A program made the position numbers and the translations under genes. A stretch of DNA of 64,000 nucleotides, from the NCBI RefSeq assembly GCF_006345805.1, contig NC_043001.1:70060001-70124000 (forward strand), written 5' to 3'. Below, piece after piece: positions 26,561-40,486 of the stretch. The stretch comes from Octopus sinensis. Taxonomy: Eukaryota. Within the stretch, counting starts at the first letter, position 1. The number at the start of each line of letters is the position of its first letter. The notes beneath the pieces were generated by a model. It was given only the letters and a program-made list of their open reading frames with translations, made no database searches and was not told where the DNA came from.

Positions 26561-28939
26561 GATTATTATTTTAATGGTTTATCCTGAAGTAAGATGACTC
26601 CGATGGTTTGCAGAAATCCTCCAATATTATAAATAGCAGTAATCGCATATATATAAAAAAAAATTCTTTACATTGATACAAGACCACAGATTTTAAATTT
26701 GGATATAGTCAAGTACATCTAATCAAGTGCTACAATGATGGAGCTGGATCCTAGAAGAAACTACGTAATTACAAAGGAAGTCATTTTTTATAATCCTACA
26801 CAACAAAGCTTCGCCCTAAGTATTAATATTTGCTTGCCTTAATGCAAGATTATTTGGATGCAACTTTTCGGAACAAAAAGTTATAGAAAAACTGAAGGAA
26901 AAAATGAAGCATATAATCGATGTGAAAGAAGGATTATGTTTTAAAATGGATCGAAGTCAGCTATGGCGGCCAGTGGCATCATCCAAATAATAGAAAGATC
27001 TTAATCAAATTTTCAGAAAGCAGTGTTATTAAATTATAATGTAAGGAAATTGATTTGTTCAGAAATCACGAATTCAATATATACAAGTTTTATTAGTGGA
27101 GTGTGTTAACTTTGTTATTTGTAAATTTGCAATTAGTTTCATTTCTTCCATAGAAGCATATTAGTTGTTGCCGTCAGATGTTAATTATTGCTGGTGTTTT
27201 AATTATGAAAAAGGGGTTTGATTATAAGGAACGGAACCAAGCAAACATTATACAAGCGATAACACACCAAACATGTCCATTGATTAGATTACTTCAGATA
27301 TGGTTATTGATTATTGAAAAATAAATTGTTAAAGAAAAATCCTGATTTATCTCAGATAAGGTATCTTAAATCCTACCTTTAGAAGTAGTCAGTGTTAGTT
27401 TCGCTGTTGCTGTTTCTGCTGATGCCTCCGCTACTGTTTTTATTTCCTAGCCATTTCCGATCAAGTAAACTTGTGGTCAGAGCCTTCTAGCCATAACTTA
27501 ATGTTAGACATTATACCCATGATTATCTGTTTTTCTAATACGTGGCCAGCAGTTTTATGGGGAAGTTTTAGTAAATATTATGGATACCAGTACTTAGCTG
27601 GTACTTCATTTTATCAACAACGGAGAGATGACATCCTATGTAAATGTAGACTGTATTTGAACTCGAAACGCAAAGAATCAGAACAAATATCGCAAAATAT
27701 CCCGTCCTGATACTCTGACGTTTCTGAAACATGCTGCCTTATATCCAAAAACTTTTTAGGTAATGTGTAAAGAGAATAAAATTGTCATTTTTTATTGTTC
27801 ATGTGACCATCAGTATCGTTTATGAGGATTCATTAGAAACAGTTATACAGTGATAGTACTCTACGAATAAGAAAAAATAAAGCAGTAAGTAAAGAAGAGA
27901 CATTAATTATTGATCTTTATTTAAATAAAATGCGGTTGTCATAAGATTATATCCAAAATAAATAAACCAGATAAAATGGATCTGAGGCAGTAGAATGAAA
28001 TGAAACCTCACTCAGCAACATAATACATTGACTGCAATGGATATTAATTAACCTATGATGCTAATTATCCTAAACATAATCAATTTGCTAATTTAACCAA
28101 TAAAACAACTGTTACAATCGGTCGTTATTTAAGTTATAATGGTAACCGTTTTCATCCTTTCTTAGATAGTTATGTCGTCAACAGTAAACATTAAACAATG
28201 AAATATCTGAATGCAATTCGTTTCAAAGAATACTTCCCGACCTTCTTTACTACTTTGCAATAATAATATATATAAAAAAAGGGAGAGACGACGTAGTTTT
28301 CTTTCACGAATGAGCGTTTTTCTAATTATGTTGATTAGATTTTCAATCACAAACCAAATGTTAAGATTGTTTTCTACTTTTATATATTTCTTTATTTTTT
28401 CAACGTATTTAGGAGTTTATTTGTTCCTATTATCGCAAAACTATCTTAAATAAACGAATGTTTTCTAAAGCAGTTTTCCTGAAGTTATCTTCAATCTCCT
28501 TCGCAATTTCTCATCCGCCAATACATACCTGCTTCAACAAAAACATAGACACGCACACACACACATACACACATAAGCGCTTATATATATGTTTCTTATT
28601 TACTGTTTTGAATTCTATTTTCAATTTTGTTGTTATTGTTATGTGTTTTTAAATATCTATTCATTTCGTTCTGTAAACAATACAAATGTTATTTTGAGAA
28701 AAGAAAGAAGACAAAACTACGGGAAATGAGAGAAAAGAAGTACAACGGAAAAATCAAAATACCTCTTCAACGTTTCCATAGTAATTACTTTTTTTTATTC
28801 TTTTATTTATAGATTTATTTGCTATTTAAGTCAAAGCTTTATTTGTTACTCAAATTACACCAGAGAAAAAAATGTTAGAAATGGAAAGGATGACAATGAG
28901 GATAGCATGAACATGGTGGCGGTAGTGGCGGTGATGGTG

Positions 28940-29008
<69 letters not shown>
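28940..29008. repeat. (ATT)n tract forming the 3' tail or target of the adjacent LINE
   Basis: Direct inspection; abuts the 3' UTR at 29009. Confidence 0.95.
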
Positions 29009-29010
<2 letters not shown>

Positions 29011-32000
29011 ATGTTTGACTTTTACTTTGTATTTATACAAGTTGACTGCAAGTCTCACCTAGAAACCTTAAGAGACAAGTTAGAAGTTCAAGTATTATGC
29101 CTAGGGTGTTATATATTTGATTTTTCACATAGCATTGTTCTAGAGAATGTTTAAGAAAACAGAAAATTATAAGTCTGCTTTAAAATTTGAGATTACATAG
29201 ACAGTATTTTAAGAAGGATATGGGCAGTTCCCATTAGCTCTATCTTTTGAATTTCTGCCATTTTGGGGTTTCCTGGTATCTGAGCTAGGAAGAAATCAGC
29301 CCCTTTTGCTATCATTCCGAGGGCACCTATGACAACACGTATTGTTTTAATCTTCAGGCTCCAATTTTTCTTTGAAGATCTTTATAATTGCTCAGTTTTT
29401 TTGTCGGCCTTGACAGATACATTTATGTCGATTGGGACAGTCGTCTCGATGAAGAAACATGATTTTCTGTTGAAGTTTTTCAATATACTATCTGACATCT
29501 ATGTTCTGTCAATTTGTGACGGTGAAGTTCCAGAGGAGCGCGATGCAGTCATTTCAAGTACTGGAGGGGGCTAGTGTTCCCACCAGTATTTATCATGGGG
29601 CAGGTCTAGGTTTTTGCAAATTACCCAGTGAATATACTGTGCTGTTCTATCATGCCTGTTGAGATACTCTGTAGGCGCTAGAAGACTACACGTGGAGACA
29701 ACATGATCAGTGGTTTCATTTTGTTGTTGACGTCCTTTAATATGTTGGCCTGATAGTTCCTTGTAGGTAGGCATTGATATTGGGCTGCGATGATAAACCC
29801 TTCTGTTTCCGATTTTAAGCCAGAAGTCACTAAACATTGATGGGTAAGGGCTTTGTCAAAATCAGCATTATTAGCTCTCTTTGGGTATTTGCCACTGAGT
29901 GGTTTATCTTGCCATTTATCAGTAAGAATATCTAAAGCAGCAGTTTTAGCACATATTGTCATGCTTTCTAGTACGTCTAATTCTGGAATTTGTCGTATTT
30001 GAAATTCACTTAGATATTCCTTTGCCTGTTTGATTACTGAGTACGATGCTTTCTTGTTTTCATGCTTTGAGACAAGTTTTAACATGCAGTCATCAGAGTT
30101 TTTCAGGTAGGTGCCTAGGCCAATTGTGGCAATCTTCATTGTTAATTCTAGTTGTAAATGTCCACGGCCGCCTTCTTTTCTTGGGAGATAAAGTCGGTCT
30201 ACATCTGCAATAGGGTGCTGCATTCAGTGCATTAGCAATAATGTTCGTATATTTGAACAGCTAATGATATTGAAACTTTAAGGCACGACCGGCATGGCTA
30301 AAGTATTGATCGTTTCGATCCTGTTCCTTGCATTCAGCTTTGGCTTGAGAATTGCCCTTACCCTGCGATAATATTCTCTTCTGATCTTTTTCCTCATCAC
30401 TGAATTCTGATTTCGTCCCCTTCAAATGTCCTTAGATATTTGTAGCTCTCTGCTGGTTCAAACTCCTTTATGACATTCTGCTGGTCAAAATTAACGTTGA
30501 ATGTTTCTGTCATTTTTTCCTTTGATGGAGGTAGTTTTTGCACATTTATCAAGGCCAAATTGCATCCTGATGTCATCAATGAATTGTTTAGCAATCGCTA
30601 GTAAGCCGTGTTGTTTTAAGAATTGCTTGTAAGCTCTCTTGGTTTAGCAATTGCTAGTAAACCCTGTTGGTCACTTTTTTGGAAAGAGCTTTAAATCATC
30701 CAGGTAGAAGAGATTATTAATATTATTTTCAAACATTTTATAGCCATATTGTACATCTTTGTGCAGTTTTAAAAGTGGTATCAAGGCTAGACAAAAGAGG
30801 AGTGCTGATAGAGAGGCACCCTGGAAAATGCCACATTAAATTATTACGTCTCCAGCAGTAAGCGTTTCATTGTCACTGTTCAATGTCAGTGTGGTTCTCC
30901 ATGATCTCTTACTTTTAGACAAGAACTTTCGAGTGGGTGCTATTTTGCACATTTCCAGATATTTCTTAATCCAGATATGTGGTAAACTGTCAAAATGATT
31001 TTTATAGTCTACCCAGGCTATCGACAAGTTTTTGTGTCATTTGTGATAATGTTCCAAGATCATCCTTTTGATGAGTAGCTGACCTTCACAACCATAGTAC
31101 CCATATTTATATATTTTTTGCTCATTAGGGAATATGCCAGTTTTTATTAAAAACAATAAACTATAGGAATATTCAGTCAAGACAGTTATTAGTATTTTAT
31201 ACATTTTTGTATGGGTCTATAATTTTTTGGTTCATTTGCTTCTTCATTTGTTCGAAGTAGGAATGTTACACCATTAACAAGAGGGAATCATATTAAGTTG
31301 TTACAAATCATTGTTGTAAAGTTTTGTTAGCAGTTCATGACCCTCTGGGAAGGCATTCAACCAGAAGTTAGGAATGTTATACTTTCCTGGAGACTTCCAT
31401 TTGCTTGACTTCTCGAGAGCAGATCTTACATCCTCTACCTTGATACCCTCCCACTTTTGCTCTCCTAAGTAGTCTAAATCAGTAGATATCAAACTAACAT
31501 TTTATTGTGTATTGTTTCTTCTACCCAAATTTTAATCCAAAATTCCTTCACTTCTCCTTTGATGGAACAGATATTACTGTAACTGATTTTTTCCTATCTC
31601 TCTGTAAAAACTTTTTAGGTTATTTATGAGCATGTTGTTTTCCTTGAAGAATCAAACTCGCTTTTCATACCTTGCTATGCCGGCAGCTCTAGCACATACT
31701 TTTTTCTTGATAGTCTCTATGATGGTATCGATGTCAACTATGTATTTTATATTGTATTTTTTCTTTAATTTTCGGATTTTTGTGTGTTTGATAGTCTTGT
31801 CAAACTTAAGGTGTTTTAAACGTTCTATGTCAGACCTAAGTTGCTGAATTTGGTATTTAATACGCTCTCACCAAGTAGGCTTTTTGTGTGAAAGTTGTGG
31901 CTTTCTAATCTTTTCATCACATAGACGCGTAGAGATTTTCGCAGATTCATAGTTCAGGCGGTTGAGACCTGTAATATCAATATGATTAGCTGAAATTATA

Positions 32001-32790
32001 GCCTTAAGTGCAAGGCGGTTTTTACCAATTATTTTCAGGTTTTATTTAGAGTTGCAAATTTTGGGGAGAGTGCCACGTTCATTCATACTGGTTTCTTTAA
32101 TGTTCAGCCATTCAATCATGATTTGATTTTTTTAGTTCAGTTGGGTCAACTTCTGTGTGACTTTCTTCGGCTATTTGACTTTCATCTGCCTTGGTGTTTA
32201 TGGTTTGTTCAGAGACTATTTCACTTTGCTTATAACTTTCTATCATTTCTTCATTTTCACCGGACTTGGGCTGGTCCATAATTATTTACTCTGTAGTAGC
32301 TTCTTTAGCTGCAACTTCGTTCCCCTTATCCCTTATTGATTGCTTAATTTGACCAGACTTTAATTCAGTTAGTAATCTCATTTTCATATGGTTTCTCCTG
32401 ATGTTGGCAAGTTTGTTACTGTCTATGTAGGGTCTTACCGCTAGTTACTTCTGTCTCTAGTTTAGATAGATTTGTTTAATATTAGATTTATTTGTGGGGA
32501 AATACATGGCATGATAGAAGGACTTGAGAACATTTTTATCATCTCCCCTAGACCATTTTTCATTCTTTATCATTTGTTTATTTGATGACGAGCGTGGATG
32601 GCCATTTCCAGCTCCTGTATTTCGGGAAGATTTGAACCAGTAGTTTATTTTTCATATCCAGTATGGTTCTTCACTGAGGTACGCGAACCTTGTTTACACG
32701 GGTGACGGCAGATCCGGTTCCTATTTTGCTTTTTTATCATTGATGCATGGTGATCTTGGAAGTTGACATTAGGAGACGGATCTGTCTGTT
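29009..32790 (-). mobile_element. Near-full-length decayed RLE non-LTR retrotransposon (R4/Dong-like)
   Basis: N-terminal KWSRGDDKNVLKSFY and RPYIDSNKLANIRR. RT motifs WKSPGKYNIPNFWL, SIAWVDYKNHFDSLPH, GIFQGASLS, LFYLDDLKLF. ADVDRLYLPRKEGGRG, GLKSETEGFIIAAQYQ, HVVSTCSLLAPTEYLNRHD, RLE region, C-terminal MGTAHILLKILSM* (stop ~29193). Many frameshifts. Confidence 0.93.
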
Positions 32791-33426
32791 AAGAGTTAAT
32801 TTTTGAGACAATACCGCCTCCATGTTCTAATATAGTTTCTTAAGACTAACAGCTCTAGATTCGTGTGTACGTTTTTCTTTGTTGGTGAATTTATCTCCGG
32901 GCAGAGTTTTGGTGGTGTTTTTAAACTTATGAATTGTTCACTGTGTCTGTGGTAGTTCGAAAAAAAATTGTTTTGCTCTTGTTTTTTTTTTCGCTTCGTT
33001 TGTGACACGTGCTTTCATATGCGTGTATGTGTCCTGCAAATGTCACGTATTTGTGTAACTATTGAGATGTCTGTGTAGTCCTATAGGTGATAAAATGTAT
33101 ATATGATTGTGTAGACATTCGAGTGTATGCATAATTAATCAATTTGTGTACTTACTATTTTGTTCAACTTATATTCTATAATTTGTAAACTTTCCGATGT
33201 TGACATCGCATGTCTTTTGCACATGTGTCACTGAGACATCGTGCATGGGAGAAACAGTGCTTTGTATAGCAGTGAAATTTCGTTTTTGTGATTATTTTCG
33301 TTAAAAGGGCCTCTTCCTTCATGTCTTCCACAGGCAGCTTTATCGCATTCCACTGATATTATTAGATTAAATTTGTTTTGAATGGAGAACCCGGTGCAGC
33401 ACATCAATGTTGTTATTCAGCGTGAG

Positions 33427-34020
<594 letters not shown>

Positions 34021-34347
34021 ATATCAAAACAAAGCAGAAAAGAAAGCAATCCATTATGGCGTGAACAAATAGAGTACCAGTAGCAACAAAATCAATCAAC
34101 AATATAGCGAAACTACGCCAAATACGCAAGCGAGTTCTGCGATGTTCTCATAAAACCTACGCCTGTTTTTAGCATGATAATATGAAAATACTCTGGAAAT
34201 TTACTATACAAGCAGGCCACCAGGTAACACAAAATAAATTCTGCATTCGTTGTCTTGGGAAAATGGCATCAATAATCTAATTATCTACATAGCAATACCA
34301 AATGTTGTGGAAAACCAATGCCAATATAATTCTTGTTGAAAATGCAA

Positions 34348-34487
34348 TGAGCTGGCCGAACAAATGTTTAGCGGCATTTCATCCATCTTTACGTTCAAAT
34401 TCTGCCGGATCGACCTCAACTTTCATCCTTTTGCTGTCGATAAATTAAATCCCAGTTGATTGCCGGGGTCGATGTAATCGACTTACC
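34348..34487 (+). mobile_element. SINE family A with internal deletions
   Basis: TGAGCTGGC...GTTCAAATTCTGCC...TTTCATCCTTT...GGGGTCGATGTAATCGACTT. Confidence 0.8.
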
Positions 34488-34564
34488 ATCTTTATCATGT
34501 GAAAGAATAATGAGTATTTACTCTAGAGAACATAATTCAATATTTTCTTTTACCTCTAACATAT

Positions 34565-34725
34565 GAGGCAGTGAGCAGGCAGAATTGTTAGCACGCCGGG
34601 CAAAATGCTAAGCTTCTTTCCTTCCTTTTTTACGTTAAGTCCAACTTCAGCTGTGAGTTATTCGTTTCTCATTCTTTCTGGATCGATGACATAAGAACGA
34701 CTCAAGAACTGGGGACGATAAAACC
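34565..34725 (+). mobile_element. SINE family A, highly diverged
   Basis: GAGGCAGTGAGCAGGCAGAATTGTTAGCACGCCGGGCAAAATGC head. Confidence 0.65.
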
Positions 34726-34910
34726 TACTAGACCCTCCCGACAAAAATCCCAGGCTTTGAGGCATAATAGAAAAAATTATCACTTAACATAAAATAAAAC
34801 CAAACTGTTTGAGCATATATACACACATATATACATACACACACACACACACACACAAACACAAACACACACACAAACACACACACATACACACACAAAC
34901 ACACACACAT

Positions 34911-34952
<42 letters not shown>

Positions 34953-34956
34953 TATA

Positions 34957-35550
34957 CTAGCTGAATAGACCGTCGTTGGGGGGGGGTGACAAGTTTTACA
35001 GTAAAATGTCTTACATAAATCTTTGTTGATTTCATATCAGACCATGCCTTCCCCGACAGATCGGCCTCTTCAGCAGGACAGATTTGTGCAATTTTTCACA
35101 AAAAACTTCATTGGGGAATGTTTTTCCTTTTTAAATTATTGACACGTCTGTTCCACCATTTCATATGAATTTATTCATTAAAACTTATTAAAATTTCAGA
35201 AGTTCTTAAAACTTTAGTCGTAGTAATGCTTTGGTTTCGTCTGTTTAATGAAAATTCCTCCCCCTAATGATTTTGTTTTCATTTTGTGATAGATGGCTAT
35301 GAATTAGTAAATGCCAAGTTCGAAATCCTGTCTTCTGATTAGTAGAAATGATTAACCTTTCAACCTCAGTAACATTTTTCTGCAAGTTTTCTAGAACAAG
35401 TAAATAACAATATCGAATTTTACGTTGAAAATACCAGGTTTCTAAAATGTTGACGTCAATTTTAACCTAACAAAATGTGATAGAGGAGGGAAGACCCTAC
35501 CAAAGACAGACACGTACGTCACACATGCAGACACATACATACACATTTAC
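34957..35550 (-). mobile_element. Probable non-autonomous Helitron-like element
   Basis: A|CTAGCTGAATAGACCGTCGTTG resembles the CTAG + hairpin terminus of the other copies (hairpin decayed); CAGAC-type repeats at the far end. Confidence 0.4.
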
Positions 35551-35645
35551 AAACGTACACACAGGTAATCACGAATTTAAACTGGTGTAAAAGTAGATAC
35601 ATATATGTATGTACATATGTATGTATGTATGCATGTATATATATA

Positions 35646-36034
35646 CTCTTTTACTTGTTTCAGTCATTTGACTGCGGCCATGCTGGAGCACCGCCTTTAG
35701 TCGAGCAAATCGACCCCGTGACTTATTCTTTATAAGCCCAGTACTTATTCTATCGGTCTGTTTTGCCGAACCGCTAAGTGACAGGGACGTAAACACACCA
35801 GCATCGGTTGTCAAGCAATGCTAGGGGGACAATCACACAAACACATACACACACATATATATACATATGTACGACAGGCTTCTTTCAGTTTCCGTCTACC
35901 AAATCCACTCACAAGGCATTGATCGGCGCGGGGCTATAGCAGAAGACACTTGCCCAAGATGCCAAGCAGTGGGACTGAACCCAGAACCATGTGGTTGGTT
36001 AGCAAGCTACTTACCACACAGCCACTCCTGTGCC
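35646..36034 (-). mobile_element. tRNA-derived SINE family B, full length
   Basis: Minus strand GGCACAGGAGTGGCTGTGTGGTAAG...GGGTTCAGTCCCAC...internal (TA/TG)n...CAAATGACTGAAACAAGTAAAAGAG. Confidence 0.92.
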
Positions 36035-36065
<31 letters not shown>

Positions 36066-36567
36066 TTGTGTGTATGTATGTATGAATGTATGTGACTGTT
36101 TTTTTTGCGATGGACAGCAGTAAAGTTACCTACTTTCTCTCTCCTTAAAGTTCAGTATCCATTACACCTACCTTTATACCCTTCCTGCGCGTTTTAAAAG
36201 TTACGTATTTGCATGTGTGTGTGTGTATGTGTGTGTGTGTATGTATGTATCTATGAATTTATGAAAGTATGTATACAGCGTCTTGTGTGTATGGCAGCTG
36301 TATTATCGTTATCATCAACTCCATATTTGTTACTTAGACAACGCTGCACTCCCCTTACCTGATATCAGAATCCCTACTCTGTCACCATATTTCCTTCACA
36401 CTACTACTATTTGCACTCTTTTCATTTTATCATAGAATTCGGTCAACCCACCTATCGGGCACATTATAGATATTTATTGAAATCCGATTAATGTATTATT
36501 GCACTGGATGTTATTTTAACATGTATGCAAAACTTAGTTCGCTGGTTTAGAGAAGAGAAAGGAATTG

Positions 36568-36612
<45 letters not shown>

Positions 36613-36616
36613 TATC

Positions 36617-37763
36617 AAAGAGGAGACGAACACTTGGGATGTTGTTAGTCCATTTATATCATGAAGTCATCTACGTACGTTTCGACGGTTGCAATCCAAA
36701 ATGCCCGGCAGGATAAATAATGGTCATCAGTGTACCAATCTCTTCGGGAGTTTTATGATAACAAACCCATCTAATAAACATGTTAACCTAAAACAAGTGT
36801 CCTACAAAATGTAGCGAATTTATATTTGTATGGACACAGGGGTTCACATTCAAACATGTGACGTGTAAATATAAATATTATATACATACAAAACACAAAC
36901 GTATACAAACACATACATGCACACTAATCAAAATACGAACACTTACACATATACATATATACATATATATATATATATGTATATATAAATATATAACTAT
37001 ATAAAGTATTATATATACATACATGTATATATATATAAAATTGTCTTTTGTCTATCAATGTGCACAATATTATTGTATATTTGCTTATAAGTGTGAGTAT
37101 AGGTTTATTACGGTGTGTTGATGTCTGTCAGTGTATTGGGATGTGTGTGCTCTTCTATATGTGCATGAACGTCTGTTTATATTTATAAGTGGAGATCGTT
37201 AAATTCTTGTAAAACATACTAAAGTATCTATATGCGTCTAGCTATATGCTTATGAGAGTTATACTGAGTTTACAAATCTAAGAATTAGTACTTTTTAATT
37301 CTCTCAAGCAATTCTTTCTCATTACCAAATAATAATTTATCCAAAGTCTCTTTTATTTCCTTTTCTTTTTCTTACACCCTCCATATCTTTCTATATATTT
37401 CAGTTCTTTTCCCCACAATATCTAGTGTGTTCCGACAACGTCATTTTAAATTCCACGCGTCTATTGTTCGTCTGTAAATATATTGTAAATGAACGTAATT
37501 TTTATGTGCTTAAGTAAGTGTGTATGTGTATAAAATAAAGTATTGGGGTTTATTAATGTTATGGGATGCATATGCTCTTCTGTATATTAATATTTTGTTT
37601 ACGAGTATTAGTATCTGAACGTTAGTATATATTTTAGTATAGGTTTGATTCCAAGATATACGCATATGTGTGTCAGTATATCTCATAGGTATGTATGTGT
37701 GTATATGTGTATATATAATACTTTATATAGATATGTATATATTACTATATATGTGCATACATG

Positions 37764-37824
<61 letters not shown>

Positions 37825-38158
37825 ATGCATATTGTAAGTATTTGTATTTTGATGAGTGTGTATGTATGTGTTTCTATAGATTTGTGTTTTTGTATGATTA
37901 TAATGTTTATATTTACACGTCTCATGTTCGTGTGTGATCGCTTGCGTCCAGATAAATAGAAATACGATACATTTTGTAGGGTTTTCTTTTTCGGTTAACG
38001 TTCATTTGATGAGCTTGTTATCATAAACCTCTTGAAGCGATTAGCGCACTGCTGATCATTATTTATCCTACCGGACAGTTTGGAGTGCATGAGTCGAAAC
38101 GTATGTAGTGGACTTCATGACATAAATGGATTAACATCTTGAAAGTTCGTCTCCTTTT
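36617..38158. repeat. Old inverted duplication (~400-bp arms, roughly 75-80% identical by eye)
   Basis: 36617-~37020 aligns to the reverse complement of ~37700-38158 (shared GGAGACGAAC, CATGAAGTC, CGTTTCGAC, GGATAAATAAT, CCTACAAAATG, GACGTGTAAATATAAA). Confidence 0.8.
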
Positions 38159-38285
38159 TATATTTTAATATTTTCTACTAAATAAGTAGCACTAGTCCGG
38201 GATTATTTCTTGGGACACTTAAGCAACTTTTAGCTACTTTGTAACAGTATCCTGGGATTTATCCTACTAATTATAAACTATATAT

Positions 38286-38318
<33 letters not shown>

Positions 38319-38319
<1 letters not shown>

Positions 38320-39113
38320 ACATCACAATCAAGGAACGGCCATAATAGGCCATTCACCCACTAGAAATAACAGCCAAAGCTTCAACCGAAAAACGACATT
38401 AATTCCGCAAACCAGGAGAAAATTAAAAAAACATTTACCCTGTAGTTCCTTATACGATGCACCGTTTCATCTATTGTTTAATGGCAAACTAACCTGATTA
38501 AATTAAATCAAGCTAGTCTTCCATAGGCCGATAGATTCGTCAGTAAGAACAGCCAGATCGGAGCAGATATTTTACACGAGGCACTTCTATCCCTGCCTCG
38601 GCAATATCTGACCTAAAATTTTCAAATCATCGCACTCGCGCCAAATTTATCGGCAGCAAATATAAGCCGCCGATTCCATTACGGAATTAACCAGAAAATT
38701 CATAATTAATCAATATAGGCTGCGATGAATTTTCTGGTTAATTCCGTAATGGAATCGGCGGCTTATATTTGCTGCCGATAAATTTGGCGCGAGTGCGATG
38801 ATTTGAAAATTTTAGGTCAGATATTGCCGCGGCAGGGATAGAAGTGCCTCGTGTAAAATATCTGCCCCGATCTAGCTGTTCTTACTGACGAATCTATCGG
38901 CCTATGGAAGACTAGCTTGATTTAATTTAATCAGGTTAGTTTGTCATTAAACAATAGATGAAACGGTGCATCGTATAAGGAACTACAGGGTAAATGTTTT
39001 TTTTTTTAATTTTCTCCTGGTTTGCGGAATTAATGTTGTTTTGCGGTTGAAGCTTTGGCTGTTATTTCTAGTGGGTGAATGGCCTGTTATGGCCGTTCCT
39101 TGATTGTGATGTT
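38319..39113. repeat. Long foldback, copy 1: arms 38319-38703 and 38725-39113, 21-nt loop
   Basis: About 7 substitutions plus a poly-A/T length difference between the arms. Confidence 0.97.
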
Positions 39114-39209
39114 GAATTTATAAATGGTCTATGACTATTTAATTTTTTCCCACTAGGCCGCTGGTGGCAAAAAAATTCTACGAAATTTTTTGCCACCCTA
39201 TATTGATTA

Positions 39210-39244
<35 letters not shown>

Positions 39245-39642
39245 AAAGACGGTTTGAAAATGCAATTCAAAAGATGTTTATTTACTTTACCGGTTTCACT
39301 CTTTGGAAAAAGATTGTCAAAAGTAACATGTGGAAGTTTGGTTGCGTTAATTATTGGTTGTTGCAAATTGCTACATTACATATATATATATACAGTCTTT
39401 GGTAACAGGGACATGTTAAGGACATAAAAAAGTTCAACAAGTTCCTTAAAATATTGGGCACAAAAGAATACATAAATAATCGTTCTCAAGGACATACTTA
39501 AGATAGTTTCCAGAAGGAATTGATATTGGTACTGTATCTGTATATTCATTTATACATTTAGGTAGGTTTAATGGGGTGGTGGTGGGGGACATTGAGTACC
39601 TTATTTACTGTGGTTAACCACGACTCAACCCGGGACCTACAT

Positions 39643-39693
<51 letters not shown>

Positions 39694-39695
<2 letters not shown>

Positions 39696-40486
39696 CATCA
39701 CAATCAAGGAACGGCCATAATAGGCCATTCACCCACTAGAAATAACAGCCAAAGCTTCAACCGAAAAACGACATTAATTCCGCAAACCAGGAGAAAATTA
39801 AAAAAACATTTACCTGTAGTTCCTTATACGATGCACCGTTTCATCTATTGTTTAATGGCAAACTAACCTGATTAAATTAAATCAAGCTAGTCTTCCATAG
39901 GCCGATAGATTCGTCAGTAAGAACAGCCAGATCGGAGCAGATATTTTACACGAGGCACTTCTATCCCTGCCTCGGCAATATCTGACCTAAAATTTTCAAA
40001 TCATCGCACTCGCGCCAAATTTATCGGCAGCAAATATAAGCCGCCGATTCCATTACGGAATTAACCAGAAAATTCATAATTAATCAATATAGGCTGCGAT
40101 GAATTTTCTGGTTAATTCCGTAATGGAATCGGCGGCTTATATTTGCTGCCGATAAATTTGGCGCGAGTGCGATGATTTGAAAATTTTAGGTCAGATATTG
40201 CCGCGGCAGGGATAGAAGTGCCTCGTGTAAAATATCTGCCCCGATCTAGCTGTTCTTACTGACGAATCTATCGGCCTATGGAAGACTAGCTTGATTTAAT
40301 TTAATCAGGTTAGTTTGTCATTAAACAATAGATGAAACGGTGCATCGTATAAGGAACTACAGGGTAAATGTTTTTTTTTTTAATTTTCTCCTGGTTTGCG
40401 GAATTAATGTTGTTTTGCGGTTGAAGCTTGGCTGTTATTTCTAGTGGGTGAATGGCCTGTTATGGCCGTTCCTTGATTGTGATGTT
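39694..40486. repeat. Long foldback, copy 2: arms 39694-40077 and 40099-40486, 21-nt loop
   Basis: Same arm-specific mismatches as copy 1. Confidence 0.97.

Noticed and set aside
38060-38112. GAAAC-GTAT-GTA-GTGG (and its homolog near 36670-36735) as hammerheads
   Set aside because: The 3' half looks right, but no properly placed CTGANGA with a pairing helix II or helix I.
38884-38915. CTGACGA inside the long foldback as a hammerhead core
   Set aside because: No GAAA or helix I/III partner follows. CTGANGA hits at 3353, 10089, 11137, 59892, 62286 and 63293 were rejected for the same reason.
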